In this document: in pieces, positions 38,358 to 46,963 of the stretch | How the letters are laid out: the number at the start of each line of letters is the position of its first letter | Position numbering within the stretch: position 1 is the first letter of the stretch | Assembly: GCA_021737865.1 (NCBI GenBank) | Contig: JAIPDC010000001.1 | Location: forward strand, 8,448-72,447 | DNA from: Rhodoferax sp. | GTDB taxonomy: Bacteria > Pseudomonadota > Gammaproteobacteria > Burkholderiales > Burkholderiaceae_C | Reading direction: 5' to 3' | Length of the DNA stretch: 64,000 nt | Position numbers and translations under genes: made by a program | The notes under the pieces: generated by a model | Told to the model about the DNA's origin: nothing | The model's input: the letters and a program-made list of their open reading frames with translations, nothing else | Database searches by the model: none

Positions 38358-39953
38358 ATGGACTTGGAGGCTGCCATCCAACAATGGCGCAGTCTGTTGG
38401 GTGAGGCACATGTTTTGCGCCAAGGCGCCGCCGAAGCCGCGTATGGGCGAGACACGGGCAGTGTGCGCAGGGACATCGCAGCTGCCCTGCGCATTGTTGA
38501 GGCCACCGTGATACCGGCGGTTATGCGTATTGCGCACAGGAACCTGGTTCCTGTGTACCCCATCAGCACGGGCAATAACTGGGGGTATGGCAGTTCGTTG
38601 CCCGTTCGCGATGGGTGTGTTCTTCTGGATCTGTCTGGGCTGCAGCAGATACTGGACTTTGATCCAGAGCTGGGTGTCGTGACGGTGGAGCCTGGTGTGA
38701 CACAACAAATGCTGGCCGACTTTTTGGATGCGGGTGCGCACCCCTATCTGGTGCCTGTCACCGGGGCCGGCCCACACTGCAGCCTGATGGGCAACGCGCT
38801 GGAGCGCGGCTACGGGATCACGCCGAACGCAGACCACTTTGGCGCAGTGACTGACTTGCAGGCGGTTTTGCCGGACGGCAGCATATATCGCACGGCACTG
38901 CATGAAGCGGGCGGGGCAGAGTTGGCACGGCTCTTTAAATGGGGTATTGGTCCGTACAGCGCCGGCTTGTTTACGCAAGGCGGTTTTGGTGTCGTGACAC
39001 ACATGAGCATTGTGCTTGAGCGACGCCCCGAGTGCGTCCAGGCCTGCCTGTTCGCTCTGCGTGACGACGCGTTGTTGGAGCCTGCGGTGTTGGCGGTGCG
39101 CGGCTTGCTGACCCGACTTCCCGGCATCCTGGGTGCGGTGAATCTGATGAACCAGCACCGCGTGCTGGGCATGTCTGTACCGTATCCCCATGGGCAACTG
39201 GATGCAGACGGCGTGATAGGCGCCGCTTTGCTTGCCCAACTGGGCCAACAGCATGACGTGGCCCCGTGGACCGGGTTTGCCACCCTGTATGGAACCCGGC
39301 CGGTGGTCGCCGCGGCAAGGAAAGAAATTCGCAGGGCGTTGTCTGGTGTGGTCAGTCGTTTGATGTTTGTAAGCCAGCAACGCGCCAACATGTTTGGCCG
39401 CGTGGCTCAGTGGGTCCCTGGTGCACCGGGGCGGCGTTTGGTAGGGCTGACGGACATGCTGCGCAGTTCGCTGCAACTGGTCGCCGGTCGCCCCAACGAC
39501 ATGGCGTTGGCGCTTGCCTATTGGCGCAACCCCAAGCCGCGGAGTGAGCCCTTCAAGAATCCGGCCCGCGATGGCTGCGGTCTTTTGTGGTACTCACCGC
39601 TGGTGCCCATGCGCCCAGAGCGCGTTCGCGCCTACGTCGACATGGTCACGCAACTCACGCGCGTGCGGGCCATGGAGCCACTGATCACGCTAACCTCGCT
39701 CAACGACCGGCTCTTCGATAGTACCGTTCCGCTGCTGTTTGATCGCGAGGACCCCTCGGCTGCAGCCGACGCACAGGCGTGCTATCAGGAACTGCTGGTA
39801 GCAGGACGCTTGCAGGGCTGCTTTCCATACCGGGTTGGTGTTGAAGGCATGGGCCATCTGGCAGCACTGCAATCCGATTCCAGTGCGTTTGCCAGCCGTC
39901 TGCGCCAGGGCATTGACCCGGAGGGATTGATGGCACCAGGACGATACAGCTAG
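38358..39953 (+). CDS. FAD-binding oxidoreductase, VAO/p-cresol methylhydroxylase family
   Basis: YPISTGNNWGYGS, VTVEPGVT, GNALERGYG.TP, VLPDG, GIGP...GLFTQ..FG.VT, PYR, DPEG.MAPGRY. Confidence 0.88.
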   Translation: MDLEAAIQQWRSLLGEAHVLRQGAAEAAYGRDTGSVRRDIAAALRIVEATVIPAVMRIAHRNLVPVYPISTGNNWGYGSSLPVRDGCVLLDLSGLQQILDFDPELGVVTVEPGVTQQMLADFLDAGAHPYLVPVTGAGPHCSLMGNALERGYGITPNADHFGAVTDLQAVLPDGSIYRTALHEAGGAELARLFKWGIGPYSAGLFTQGGFGVVTHMSIVLERRPECVQACLFALRDDALLEPAVLAVRGLLTRLPGILGAVNLMNQHRVLGMSVPYPHGQLDADGVIGAALLAQLGQQHDVAPWTGFATLYGTRPVVAAARKEIRRALSGVVSRLMFVSQQRANMFGRVAQWVPGAPGRRLVGLTDMLRSSLQLVAGRPNDMALALAYWRNPKPRSEPFKNPARDGCGLLWYSPLVPMRPERVRAYVDMVTQLTRVRAMEPLITLTSLNDRLFDSTVPLLFDREDPSAAADAQACYQELLVAGRLQGCFPYRVGVEGMGHLAALQSDSSAFASRLRQGIDPEGLMAPGRYS

Positions 39954-39990
39954 GCCACCGCTTTTTGGTTTGATCATGTCCTGCTAATGC

Positions 39991-40107
39991 CGTCAGGATT
40001 CTTTACAACTGTTCTGGAACACATTTGAAATTGTGCTGCGAAAAATGGAAAACGTATTTGATTTCAATGACTTACGGTGTGAAGCCGAATCTGGCACGGA
40101 AGATGCC
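39991..40107 (+). promoter_or_regulatory. PrsR-type enhancer, IHF site and sigma-54 promoter of the PEP-CTERM gene
   Basis: CGT-N11-ACA (39991-40007, ending TTTACA). IHF-like TTTCAATGACTTA (40062-40074). TGGCAC-GGAAG-ATGC, a GG-N10-GC motif (40092-40106). Confidence 0.82.
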
Positions 40108-40179
40108 TTGTCTTGGAACGTCGGCCGAAATATCCGACTACGTTGATATCTGCTACACATTTCTTCTAAGGAGAACGTA

Positions 40180-41133
40180 ATGAAATTGAAACTTCTTTCC
40201 CTGGTCATTGGTGCGGCATTCGGTGCGGGGGCAATTGCGTCACCGATCACATTGCCAGAGGGCCCGCTATTCTTCCAGTTCACCAACCTTGAGCAAACCG
40301 CCCTGGGCGTGGACGCGGCCACAGGCACACCCCTGAATAACGCCAATAATTGCATGGGATGCAGTGGCACAGCCGAAGGCAACTGGGGCGTCGCGCAGGT
40401 CAGCATCATGCGTGCTGGAACGCCCAACCCGGCGGGCGCGGTGGGTGGCGACATTGGCAACGATGTCGATAGCCTGGGCTCGGTACCGTTCTTCTCTGAC
40501 CAGTTGTTCCCTGTGGCTGGCGGGCAAGTGACGGCGATGTTCCATGGAGCCGTGCAAACCAGCATCACCAACGTGGGGTCGCTGTACAGCCTGCAGTCGA
40601 CAGGCGGTTACATTGACCTGTATTGGGATGACCCCACCTTGGCCAATACGATTGTCAACATTGGAACATTGAGCCCAACCGGTCGCACCGGTGATGCGTC
40701 GTTTGCCGGAGTGACCGATGGTTCCTTTCTGGCGCGTCTCGGCTTTGCCAGTGGCATCAATCCCCTTGACGCCACAACGGGCATTCAAGGCACGATTGAC
40801 ATTGCGTTGGCCAACCAGGCCGGTAATGCGGACTCGTATGCAAACGTGATGGACTTTGATGGCGACGGATTGATCAATGCAACTGATGGTCTCTGGGCTT
40901 CGTCGCTGAACACCGACTGGTTTGGAACGGTCTTTGGTACGCGCGACATTCGCTTCAGCAACAAGATTGACAACAATTCCGACTGGAATGATCCCAACGT
41001 GGCTCAGAACGCCGTGTATGGTCAAACCAGCAACGACCCTGGTCGTGGCTACGTGCCGGAGCCCGCCAGTCTGGCCTTGGTGAGTCTTGGCTTGTTGGGC
41101 CTGGGCGCCTCACGTCGCCGTCGCAATAGTTGA
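40180..41133 (+). CDS. PEP-CTERM sorting domain-containing protein (XrtA substrate)
   Basis: Sec signal peptide, C-terminal VPEPASLALVSLGLLGLGASRRRR, strong TAAGGAG RBS. Confidence 0.96.
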   Translation: MKLKLLSLVIGAAFGAGAIASPITLPEGPLFFQFTNLEQTALGVDAATGTPLNNANNCMGCSGTAEGNWGVAQVSIMRAGTPNPAGAVGGDIGNDVDSLGSVPFFSDQLFPVAGGQVTAMFHGAVQTSITNVGSLYSLQSTGGYIDLYWDDPTLANTIVNIGTLSPTGRTGDASFAGVTDGSFLARLGFASGINPLDATTGIQGTIDIALANQAGNADSYANVMDFDGDGLINATDGLWASSLNTDWFGTVFGTRDIRFSNKIDNNSDWNDPNVAQNAVYGQTSNDPGRGYVPEPASLALVSLGLLGLGASRRRRNS

Positions 41134-41351
41134 TTGCCAGCGCACGGTAAAGCGTTTTCATAGGGCGGCGAATATGAATCGGGCTTGGGCAGTGAAGCAG
41201 ATTGCGAAGATGGCACCTGTCCTTTGTCCTTGCACGGCTCAGAAACACGATCCTGTTGCAAGCGCTTTGATCGTTTCATGGCCCGCTCGACTTGTCAGTC
41301 GCCGGGCCTGATGGTGACACAGTGCTTGCGCCCAATACTCGGAGTTTTAGC

Positions 41352-42014
41352 GTGCATCCGCGCCTTGTTCTTCTGTTGCAAGTTCCCGCTTCCTTGCTGA
41401 TTGTTGCCGCCTTCCCCGGCAATTGGGCCAAACTGGCGGCGCTGCTGGTACTGTGGGCCTTGACATTTCGAGCGTTGACAAAGCCAGAGTGGATTCTCTA
41501 TGCAGCAGCGTGTTGCTTCTTTAGCGTGATGAACACACTCTCGTTGCGCCAGGGTATCTTTGCGTTCACCGCACCTGACGCACTGGGTATGCCCGTATAC
41601 GAGTTCTTTATGTGGGGGTTTTACCTTCTGCATGTCAAGCGCGTGCTGAATGGAGCCGCCCCGCAAGGCACCCTCCGGCAGACCGGGCTGGTATGGATGC
41701 TGGCCCTGCTATATGCTGGCGCATTTGCTGCGCTTGCGAATCCAAATATCTTGCTGGCGGCGACCAGCGTGTTGTTGGTCGTTGGCTTGCTCCTCTTTCA
41801 TGAACGCTTGGACTTGGCCTATGTTGGCTACATGGTTCTACTAGGCGCAGCATTCGAGTACACCGGGGTGCTCAGCGACCAATGGGCGTATCCGGGCCAT
41901 CCACCGGGGGGGGTTCCATTGTGGTTCGTTACGCTGTGGGGCGGCGTGGGTCTTTTTTTGCGACGGCTGGTATTGCCGCTGTTGAGTCGCGAGTCACAGG
42001 TGTCTTTGTCTTGA
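41352..42014 (+). CDS. Small polytopic membrane protein with internal two-fold repeat (DUF2878/lycopene-cyclase-domain-like)
   Basis: GGAG RBS and GTG start. About 7-8 hydrophobic helices. Repeated loop motif GIFAFTAPDALGMPVYEFFMWG / DQWAYPGHPPGGVPLWFVTLWG. Confidence 0.6.
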   Translation: MHPRLVLLLQVPASLLIVAAFPGNWAKLAALLVLWALTFRALTKPEWILYAAACCFFSVMNTLSLRQGIFAFTAPDALGMPVYEFFMWGFYLLHVKRVLNGAAPQGTLRQTGLVWMLALLYAGAFAALANPNILLAATSVLLVVGLLLFHERLDLAYVGYMVLLGAAFEYTGVLSDQWAYPGHPPGGVPLWFVTLWGGVGLFLRRLVLPLLSRESQVSLS

Positions 42015-42024
42015 GAATCCGCAA
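42011..42024 (+). promoter_or_regulatory. Palindromic box TTGAG-AATC-CGCAA
   Basis: CAGACT lies 22 nt downstream (42047-42052), upstream of the acyl-AMP ligase/decarboxylase genes. Confidence 0.7.
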
Positions 42025-42096
42025 CGGTAGGGGTTAACCGGTACGCCAGACTCGGCCTCGTGAGTTGCAACCTATTCAACTACGAGGCCATTGGGC

Positions 42097-43719
42097 ATGA
42101 CGACGATCGAATCAACACTATTGGCCGAGTTGGTGGCAGTGAGCGCCGCACGCAACCCCCATGGCATCGCGCTCACACACGGTGACACCTTTGTCGACTA
42201 TGCTGAGTTGCATCGTCGCGTGGAGCAGTTTTGCTGCGGCATAGTGGGGCTGGGCATTGCTCGCACCGAAAGGGTTGCCATTTACCTGGACAAGTGCGTG
42301 GAGACGGTGGTTGCCAGCTTTGGATGTGCGGCGGCGGGTGCCGTATTTGTGCCCGTGAATCCTCTGCTCAAACCGGAACAGGTTGCGTTCATTTTGCATG
42401 ACTGCAATGTGCGCCTGCTGGTGACGTCGTCACAGCGCCTGGCCATGCTTCAGGACGCGCTGGCTATGTGCCATGATCTGCGCCACATTGTGCTGATTGA
42501 CTCCACAGCAGAGGCTGTTGGGGCTATTGAGCATGCGTCCGGTCCGGTGGAAGTAGTGCCGTGGAACGCATTAGCGCTGCATCCAGAAGGCACTCGACAC
42601 CGCGTGATTGACACCGATATGGCAGCTATTCTCTACACCTCAGGTAGCTCCGGCAAACCCAAGGGGGTGGTACTGTCCCACCGCAACATGGTGGCTGGGG
42701 CCAAAAGCGTTGCATCGTACCTGGAGAATACAGCGCAAGACACGTTGCTGGCCGCACTGCCCCTGTCGTTTGACGCCGGCTTCAGCCAGTTGACCACCGC
42801 GTTTCATGTCGGCGCGAGCGTGGTGCTGCTGAACTACCTGATGCCGCGTGACGTGCTCAAGGCCCTGGACCACTATGGTGTCACCGGTCTGACTGCGGTG
42901 CCGCCCTTGTATATTCAATTGGCGCAAACTGACTGGCCACAAGGCGTCGGCAGCACGTTGCGCTACTTTGCCAATACCGGAGGGCGGATGCCGCGCGAGA
43001 CGTTGGCCGCATTGCGCACACGCATCCCCAGCGCCAAGCCATTTCTTATGTATGGCCTCACCGAAGCTTTTCGCTCCACCTATCTGCCGCCTGATGAGGT
43101 CGATCGACGACCAGACTCCATTGGCCGGGCAATACCCAATGCGGAGATTCTGGTGCTGCGTGCCGATGGCACCGCCTGTAGCCCGGATGAACCCGGTGAA
43201 CTGGTGCACCGAGGTGCATTGGTGGGTATGGGGTACTGGAACGATGCAGCCAAGACCGCTGAACGCTACCGGCCCCTGGCTTCAGACGCTCCCGGGCGAC
43301 AAGCCGGCTTGATGCTGCCGGAGTATGCAGTCTTCTCGGGAGACACGGTGCGCATGGACGCGCAAGGCTTCTTGTACTTCATCGGGCGAAGTGATGAAAT
43401 GATGAAGACGTCAGGCTACCGGGTCAGCCCCACCGAGGTAGAAGAGGTGCTCTATGGCACGCAACTGGTCGGGGAGTGTGTGGTCTTTGGTGTGGAGCAC
43501 CCTGCACTAGGACAAACCATTCAGGCCATCGCCACACCGCTTGATCAATCCGGCGCGCTGGATGCAGAAACTTTGTTAGGTGCCTGCCGCGCCCGCATGC
43601 CGGCCTATATGGTTCCGGCAGGAATCGAGATGGTCGACGGACCCCTGCCACGAAACCCCAACGGCAAGATCGATCGTCCTTTGCTTTCAGCCCAGTGGAG
43701 GGCGCGCCATGCTGGTTGA
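42097..43719 (+). CDS. Acyl-CoA/AMP-forming ligase, exosortase A-associated (TIGR03098-like)
   Basis: YTSGSSGKPKGV, LPLSFDAG, MYGLTEAFR, SGD, GR.DEM.KTSGYRVSP.EVE, NPNGKID. Confidence 0.93.
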   Translation: MTTIESTLLAELVAVSAARNPHGIALTHGDTFVDYAELHRRVEQFCCGIVGLGIARTERVAIYLDKCVETVVASFGCAAAGAVFVPVNPLLKPEQVAFILHDCNVRLLVTSSQRLAMLQDALAMCHDLRHIVLIDSTAEAVGAIEHASGPVEVVPWNALALHPEGTRHRVIDTDMAAILYTSGSSGKPKGVVLSHRNMVAGAKSVASYLENTAQDTLLAALPLSFDAGFSQLTTAFHVGASVVLLNYLMPRDVLKALDHYGVTGLTAVPPLYIQLAQTDWPQGVGSTLRYFANTGGRMPRETLAALRTRIPSAKPFLMYGLTEAFRSTYLPPDEVDRRPDSIGRAIPNAEILVLRADGTACSPDEPGELVHRGALVGMGYWNDAAKTAERYRPLASDAPGRQAGLMLPEYAVFSGDTVRMDAQGFLYFIGRSDEMMKTSGYRVSPTEVEEVLYGTQLVGECVVFGVEHPALGQTIQAIATPLDQSGALDAETLLGACRARMPAYMVPAGIEMVDGPLPRNPNGKIDRPLLSAQWRARHAG

Positions 43720-44950
43720 CAACCACCCTCCCGTCCATGCAACGATGGACCAGTTCGCCTACTCTGGTGGGGAGTTGACTGTCGGCAACGTGCCGTTGAC
43801 GCAGCTTGCTGCACGCGTCGGACAGACCCCCTTCTATGCCTACGACAGGGCGCTTTTGCGGGGGAGGGTGGCGCAATTGCGCCACGTGCTGCCGCCCGCC
43901 GTCAAGTTGCACTATGCATTGAAGGCCAATCCGCTGCCTGCGCTGGTTGGCCTGATGGCATCCCTTGTCGATGGCATGGATGTGGCCTCATCTGGTGAGT
44001 TGAAGGTGGCTCTTGACGCCGGCGTCAATCCGGCGGAAGTGAGCTTTGCCGGCCCTGGCAAGCGCGGTACAGAACTGCGCCAGGCCGTCGCATCGGGGGT
44101 CTTGATCAATATTGAATCGGTGCGCGAGGTTCCGGCATTGGAGCGGGTGTCGATGGAGCTGGGTCTTGCGGCGCGCGTCGCGGTCCGGGTTAATCCAGAC
44201 TTTGAACTCAAAGGCTCAGGAATGAAAATGGGTGGTGGCCCCAAGCCGTTTGGTGTCGACGTCGAACAGGTTCCATCGCTGCTTGCCAGCATTGGCCGTG
44301 CCGGCCTGGCCTTTGAAGGATTTCACCTCTTCGCGGGCTCACAAAATCTGCGAGCAGAGTCGATTTGCGAAGCGCAGCAAAAGTCATTCGCTCTGGCCGA
44401 GCGCCTGTCGCAGGACGCGCCAAGCGCGGTGCGCAGCGTCAATCTGGGCGGTGGCTTTGGAATCCCCTACTTTCCCGGAGAGCAGCGGCTCGATGTCGTG
44501 CCCATTGGCCAGAATCTGGCGCAGCTGGCCGATAGGGCGCGCCGCGCAATGCCAGAGGCCGCCCTGGTCATAGAGCTGGGTCGGTATTTGGTCGGCGAGG
44601 CGGGGGTCTACGTCACCCGCATTCTCGACCGCAAGACATCGCGCGATCAGACGTTCCTGGTGTGTGACGGGGGCCTTCACCACCACCTTGCAGCGTCCGG
44701 CAATTTCGGGCAGATACTGAGAAAAAACTATCCCGTGACCATTGGCAATAAGGCGCTCGGAGGACCAACAGAAATTGTCTCATTGGCAGGCCCTTTGTGC
44801 ACGCCGCTGGACTTGCTGGCTGACCGCATGACCCTACCCGTGGCGCAGGAGGGTGATTTCGCAGTGGTCTTCCAGTCGGGGGCGTATGGCGCCAGTGCCA
44901 GTCCACAAAACTTCTTGGGGCATCCGGCATGTATCGAGGTGCTGGTTTGA
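43709..44950 (+). CDS. PLP-dependent decarboxylase (group IV, LysA/BtrK-like), exosortase A-associated (TIGR03099-like)
   Basis: TPFYAYD, YALKANP (PLP Lys), DVASSGE, GFH..AGSQ, NLGGGFG, ELGRYLV, GPLCTPLD, GAYG. Confidence 0.93.
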   Translation: MLVDNHPPVHATMDQFAYSGGELTVGNVPLTQLAARVGQTPFYAYDRALLRGRVAQLRHVLPPAVKLHYALKANPLPALVGLMASLVDGMDVASSGELKVALDAGVNPAEVSFAGPGKRGTELRQAVASGVLINIESVREVPALERVSMELGLAARVAVRVNPDFELKGSGMKMGGGPKPFGVDVEQVPSLLASIGRAGLAFEGFHLFAGSQNLRAESICEAQQKSFALAERLSQDAPSAVRSVNLGGGFGIPYFPGEQRLDVVPIGQNLAQLADRARRAMPEAALVIELGRYLVGEAGVYVTRILDRKTSRDQTFLVCDGGLHHHLAASGNFGQILRKNYPVTIGNKALGGPTEIVSLAGPLCTPLDLLADRMTLPVAQEGDFAVVFQSGAYGASASPQNFLGHPACIEVLV

Positions 44951-44990
44951 GGGATTCGCGCTGAGCCGTCTGCTTGCGTTGCTGGCTGCA

Positions 44991-46943
44991 ATGACCTGCC
45001 TGTGCGCTGGCTTGGCACTGGCCGTGCACCACCCCCTGTGGCCCACGGCGGCCGTAGTCCTCTTCGCACTATGGATTGCCGCAGTCACATGGCGCGGGTA
45101 TCTGTGGCTGTTGATGGTTCCGGCCGGTGTGGCGTTCATGAGCTTTTCGCCCTGGACCGGGTGGATTGTGTTTGACGAGTTCGACATTCTTCTGTTGGGT
45201 ACATTGACCGGAGCCTATGCACAACAGGCGTGGGCAGGACGTGCGCCCTCGCAAGCGCCGCTGCCAACTGGCGTACAGGTCGCGTTGCTCTTGCTGGGTG
45301 GCATGGCGTTGTGGTCTCTGTGGCGTGCATTGGCGGATGCAGGGGGCTTATCCCTTGACTGGTTTGCGGGCTATACCGATGCGCTGAACAGCGTGCGTGT
45401 ACTCAAGAGTGAAGGCTATGCAGTGCTGTTCGTGCCGATGCTGCATCGGGAGTTGGCCCGCGGGTCTGCACGGGCTCACCAGCGCATGGCCACGGGTATG
45501 GTGATGGGTCTCAGTGTGGTCGTGTTGGCTGCGCTGTGGGAGCGACTGGCGTTTGCAGGGTTGTTTGACTTTTCTAAGCCATACCGAACGGTGGCGCTCT
45601 TTTGGGAGATGCATGTCGGTGGTGAAGCCATTGACGCGTATCTGGCGCTGGTAACACCCTATGCTGCATGGGCAGTCCTGTCCGCGCGGCGTCCGCTGGC
45701 ATGGGTGGGCTCTGCTGCATTGGTGGTTTTAACGGCCTATACAGTGCTCACCACATTCTCACGCGGACTCTACTTTTCCCTCGCGGCGTCACTTCTCTTG
45801 CTGACGGCTCTGTTGCTGGTCCAGCGCAAGAATAGGCCTCAGGTCGCTTTGCTGCGAAACCGACGCCAGGTCGATTGGCGCGCGAAGGCTACCGTCATGC
45901 TGTGGCTGGTGCTCGCCGTCGAGGTGCTCATGGTTCTTGGAGTTGGCACATTCATGCTTGAGCGTCTGGCGAGATCACCAGTTGACCTCGGCAGTCGCGC
46001 CATGCATTGGCAGAACGGCATCGCTTTGCTCCAAAGCGGCGCTGATTGGTGGCTGGGCAAGGGCCCCGGCCGCCTGCCCACACATTACGCCAGGCTGGGA
46101 CCGGAGGGTGAATTCTCAGGGCAAGTTCAGCTTCGCCATGAGCAAAATGGCGAGCACGATATAAATCGCTTTGTCACGGTATCTGGGCCGAAAACACAGA
46201 AGCGCCTTGCCGGGCAGTTCGCGCTGACGCAGCGCGTGCGCAAACAACCGGAAGGGCTTCACCTGGTTCGACTGGATGTGCGCGCTGGCACAGCCACTGA
46301 TCTGCAACTGGAGTGGTGCGCCCGCCATCTGCTGTACGACGCCGACTGCCACACAGCGACCTTGCATGTTGAGGCTGATCCCGCATGGCAATCGGTCGAG
46401 CTACCGCTCGTGGGTGTTGATGCCAAGAAAGACTCCTGGCACGCACCGGGATTGGTCATGTTTGCGCTGTCTGTCATGGATGCGGGTCGACAGGTGGATG
46501 TCGACAATCTCCATCTGATCGGACCTCCGATGGAGGATCTTTTGGCGAACGGCGATTTCTCCGATGGAATGGCTCGCTGGCTGGGATCCGCGCAGTCCTA
46601 TTTTTTGCCATGGCATATCGACAACCTGTTTCTGGAGTTGCTAATTGAGCGCGGTCTGGTCGGCCTGCTTGTGTTCTGCGTGTTGGCAGGTATGGCGCTG
46701 TGGCACCTTACTTTGGCGTGCGCACGCCATGGAGAGTTGCATCCCTATGTGCTATCGGCGTTGACGGGCGCGCTGTGCGTCGGGTTCACAGGTAGTCTGC
46801 TGGATGTGCCCCGCGTGATGTTTCTGTTCTACCTTATGGCGCTTGAAGGTGCGCTGCTTGTGTCCTCGAGCGGAGCGCGTTTCACTCATATGCGAAAAAT
46901 CAACGACGAAAAAGACAGGCCATTCAGACTAGACCTTCAATAG
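44991..46943 (+). CDS. O-antigen-ligase-like membrane protein with inserted soluble beta-sandwich domain; start uncertain (44961/44991)
   Basis: Many TM segments. WEMHVGG..ID.YL, TFSRG, R..HW..G, G.GPG, then about 170 aa of soluble insert, then WH.DNL.LE.L.E.G.VG. Confidence 0.75.
   Translation: MTCLCAGLALAVHHPLWPTAAVVLFALWIAAVTWRGYLWLLMVPAGVAFMSFSPWTGWIVFDEFDILLLGTLTGAYAQQAWAGRAPSQAPLPTGVQVALLLLGGMALWSLWRALADAGGLSLDWFAGYTDALNSVRVLKSEGYAVLFVPMLHRELARGSARAHQRMATGMVMGLSVVVLAALWERLAFAGLFDFSKPYRTVALFWEMHVGGEAIDAYLALVTPYAAWAVLSARRPLAWVGSAALVVLTAYTVLTTFSRGLYFSLAASLLLLTALLLVQRKNRPQVALLRNRRQVDWRAKATVMLWLVLAVEVLMVLGVGTFMLERLARSPVDLGSRAMHWQNGIALLQSGADWWLGKGPGRLPTHYARLGPEGEFSGQVQLRHEQNGEHDINRFVTVSGPKTQKRLAGQFALTQRVRKQPEGLHLVRLDVRAGTATDLQLEWCARHLLYDADCHTATLHVEADPAWQSVELPLVGVDAKKDSWHAPGLVMFALSVMDAGRQVDVDNLHLIGPPMEDLLANGDFSDGMARWLGSAQSYFLPWHIDNLFLELLIERGLVGLLVFCVLAGMALWHLTLACARHGELHPYVLSALTGALCVGFTGSLLDVPRVMFLFYLMALEGALLVSSSGARFTHMRKINDEKDRPFRLDLQ
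46890..46903 (+). promoter_or_regulatory. Box copy ATGCG-AAAA-ATCAA upstream of the sugar transferase-prsK-prsR-prsT operon
   Basis: CAGACT lies 21 nt downstream (46925-46930). The site is in the A-rich tail of the upstream ORF. Confidence 0.6.
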
Positions 46944-46963
46944 GGAATGAGGGGAATCGCAGC

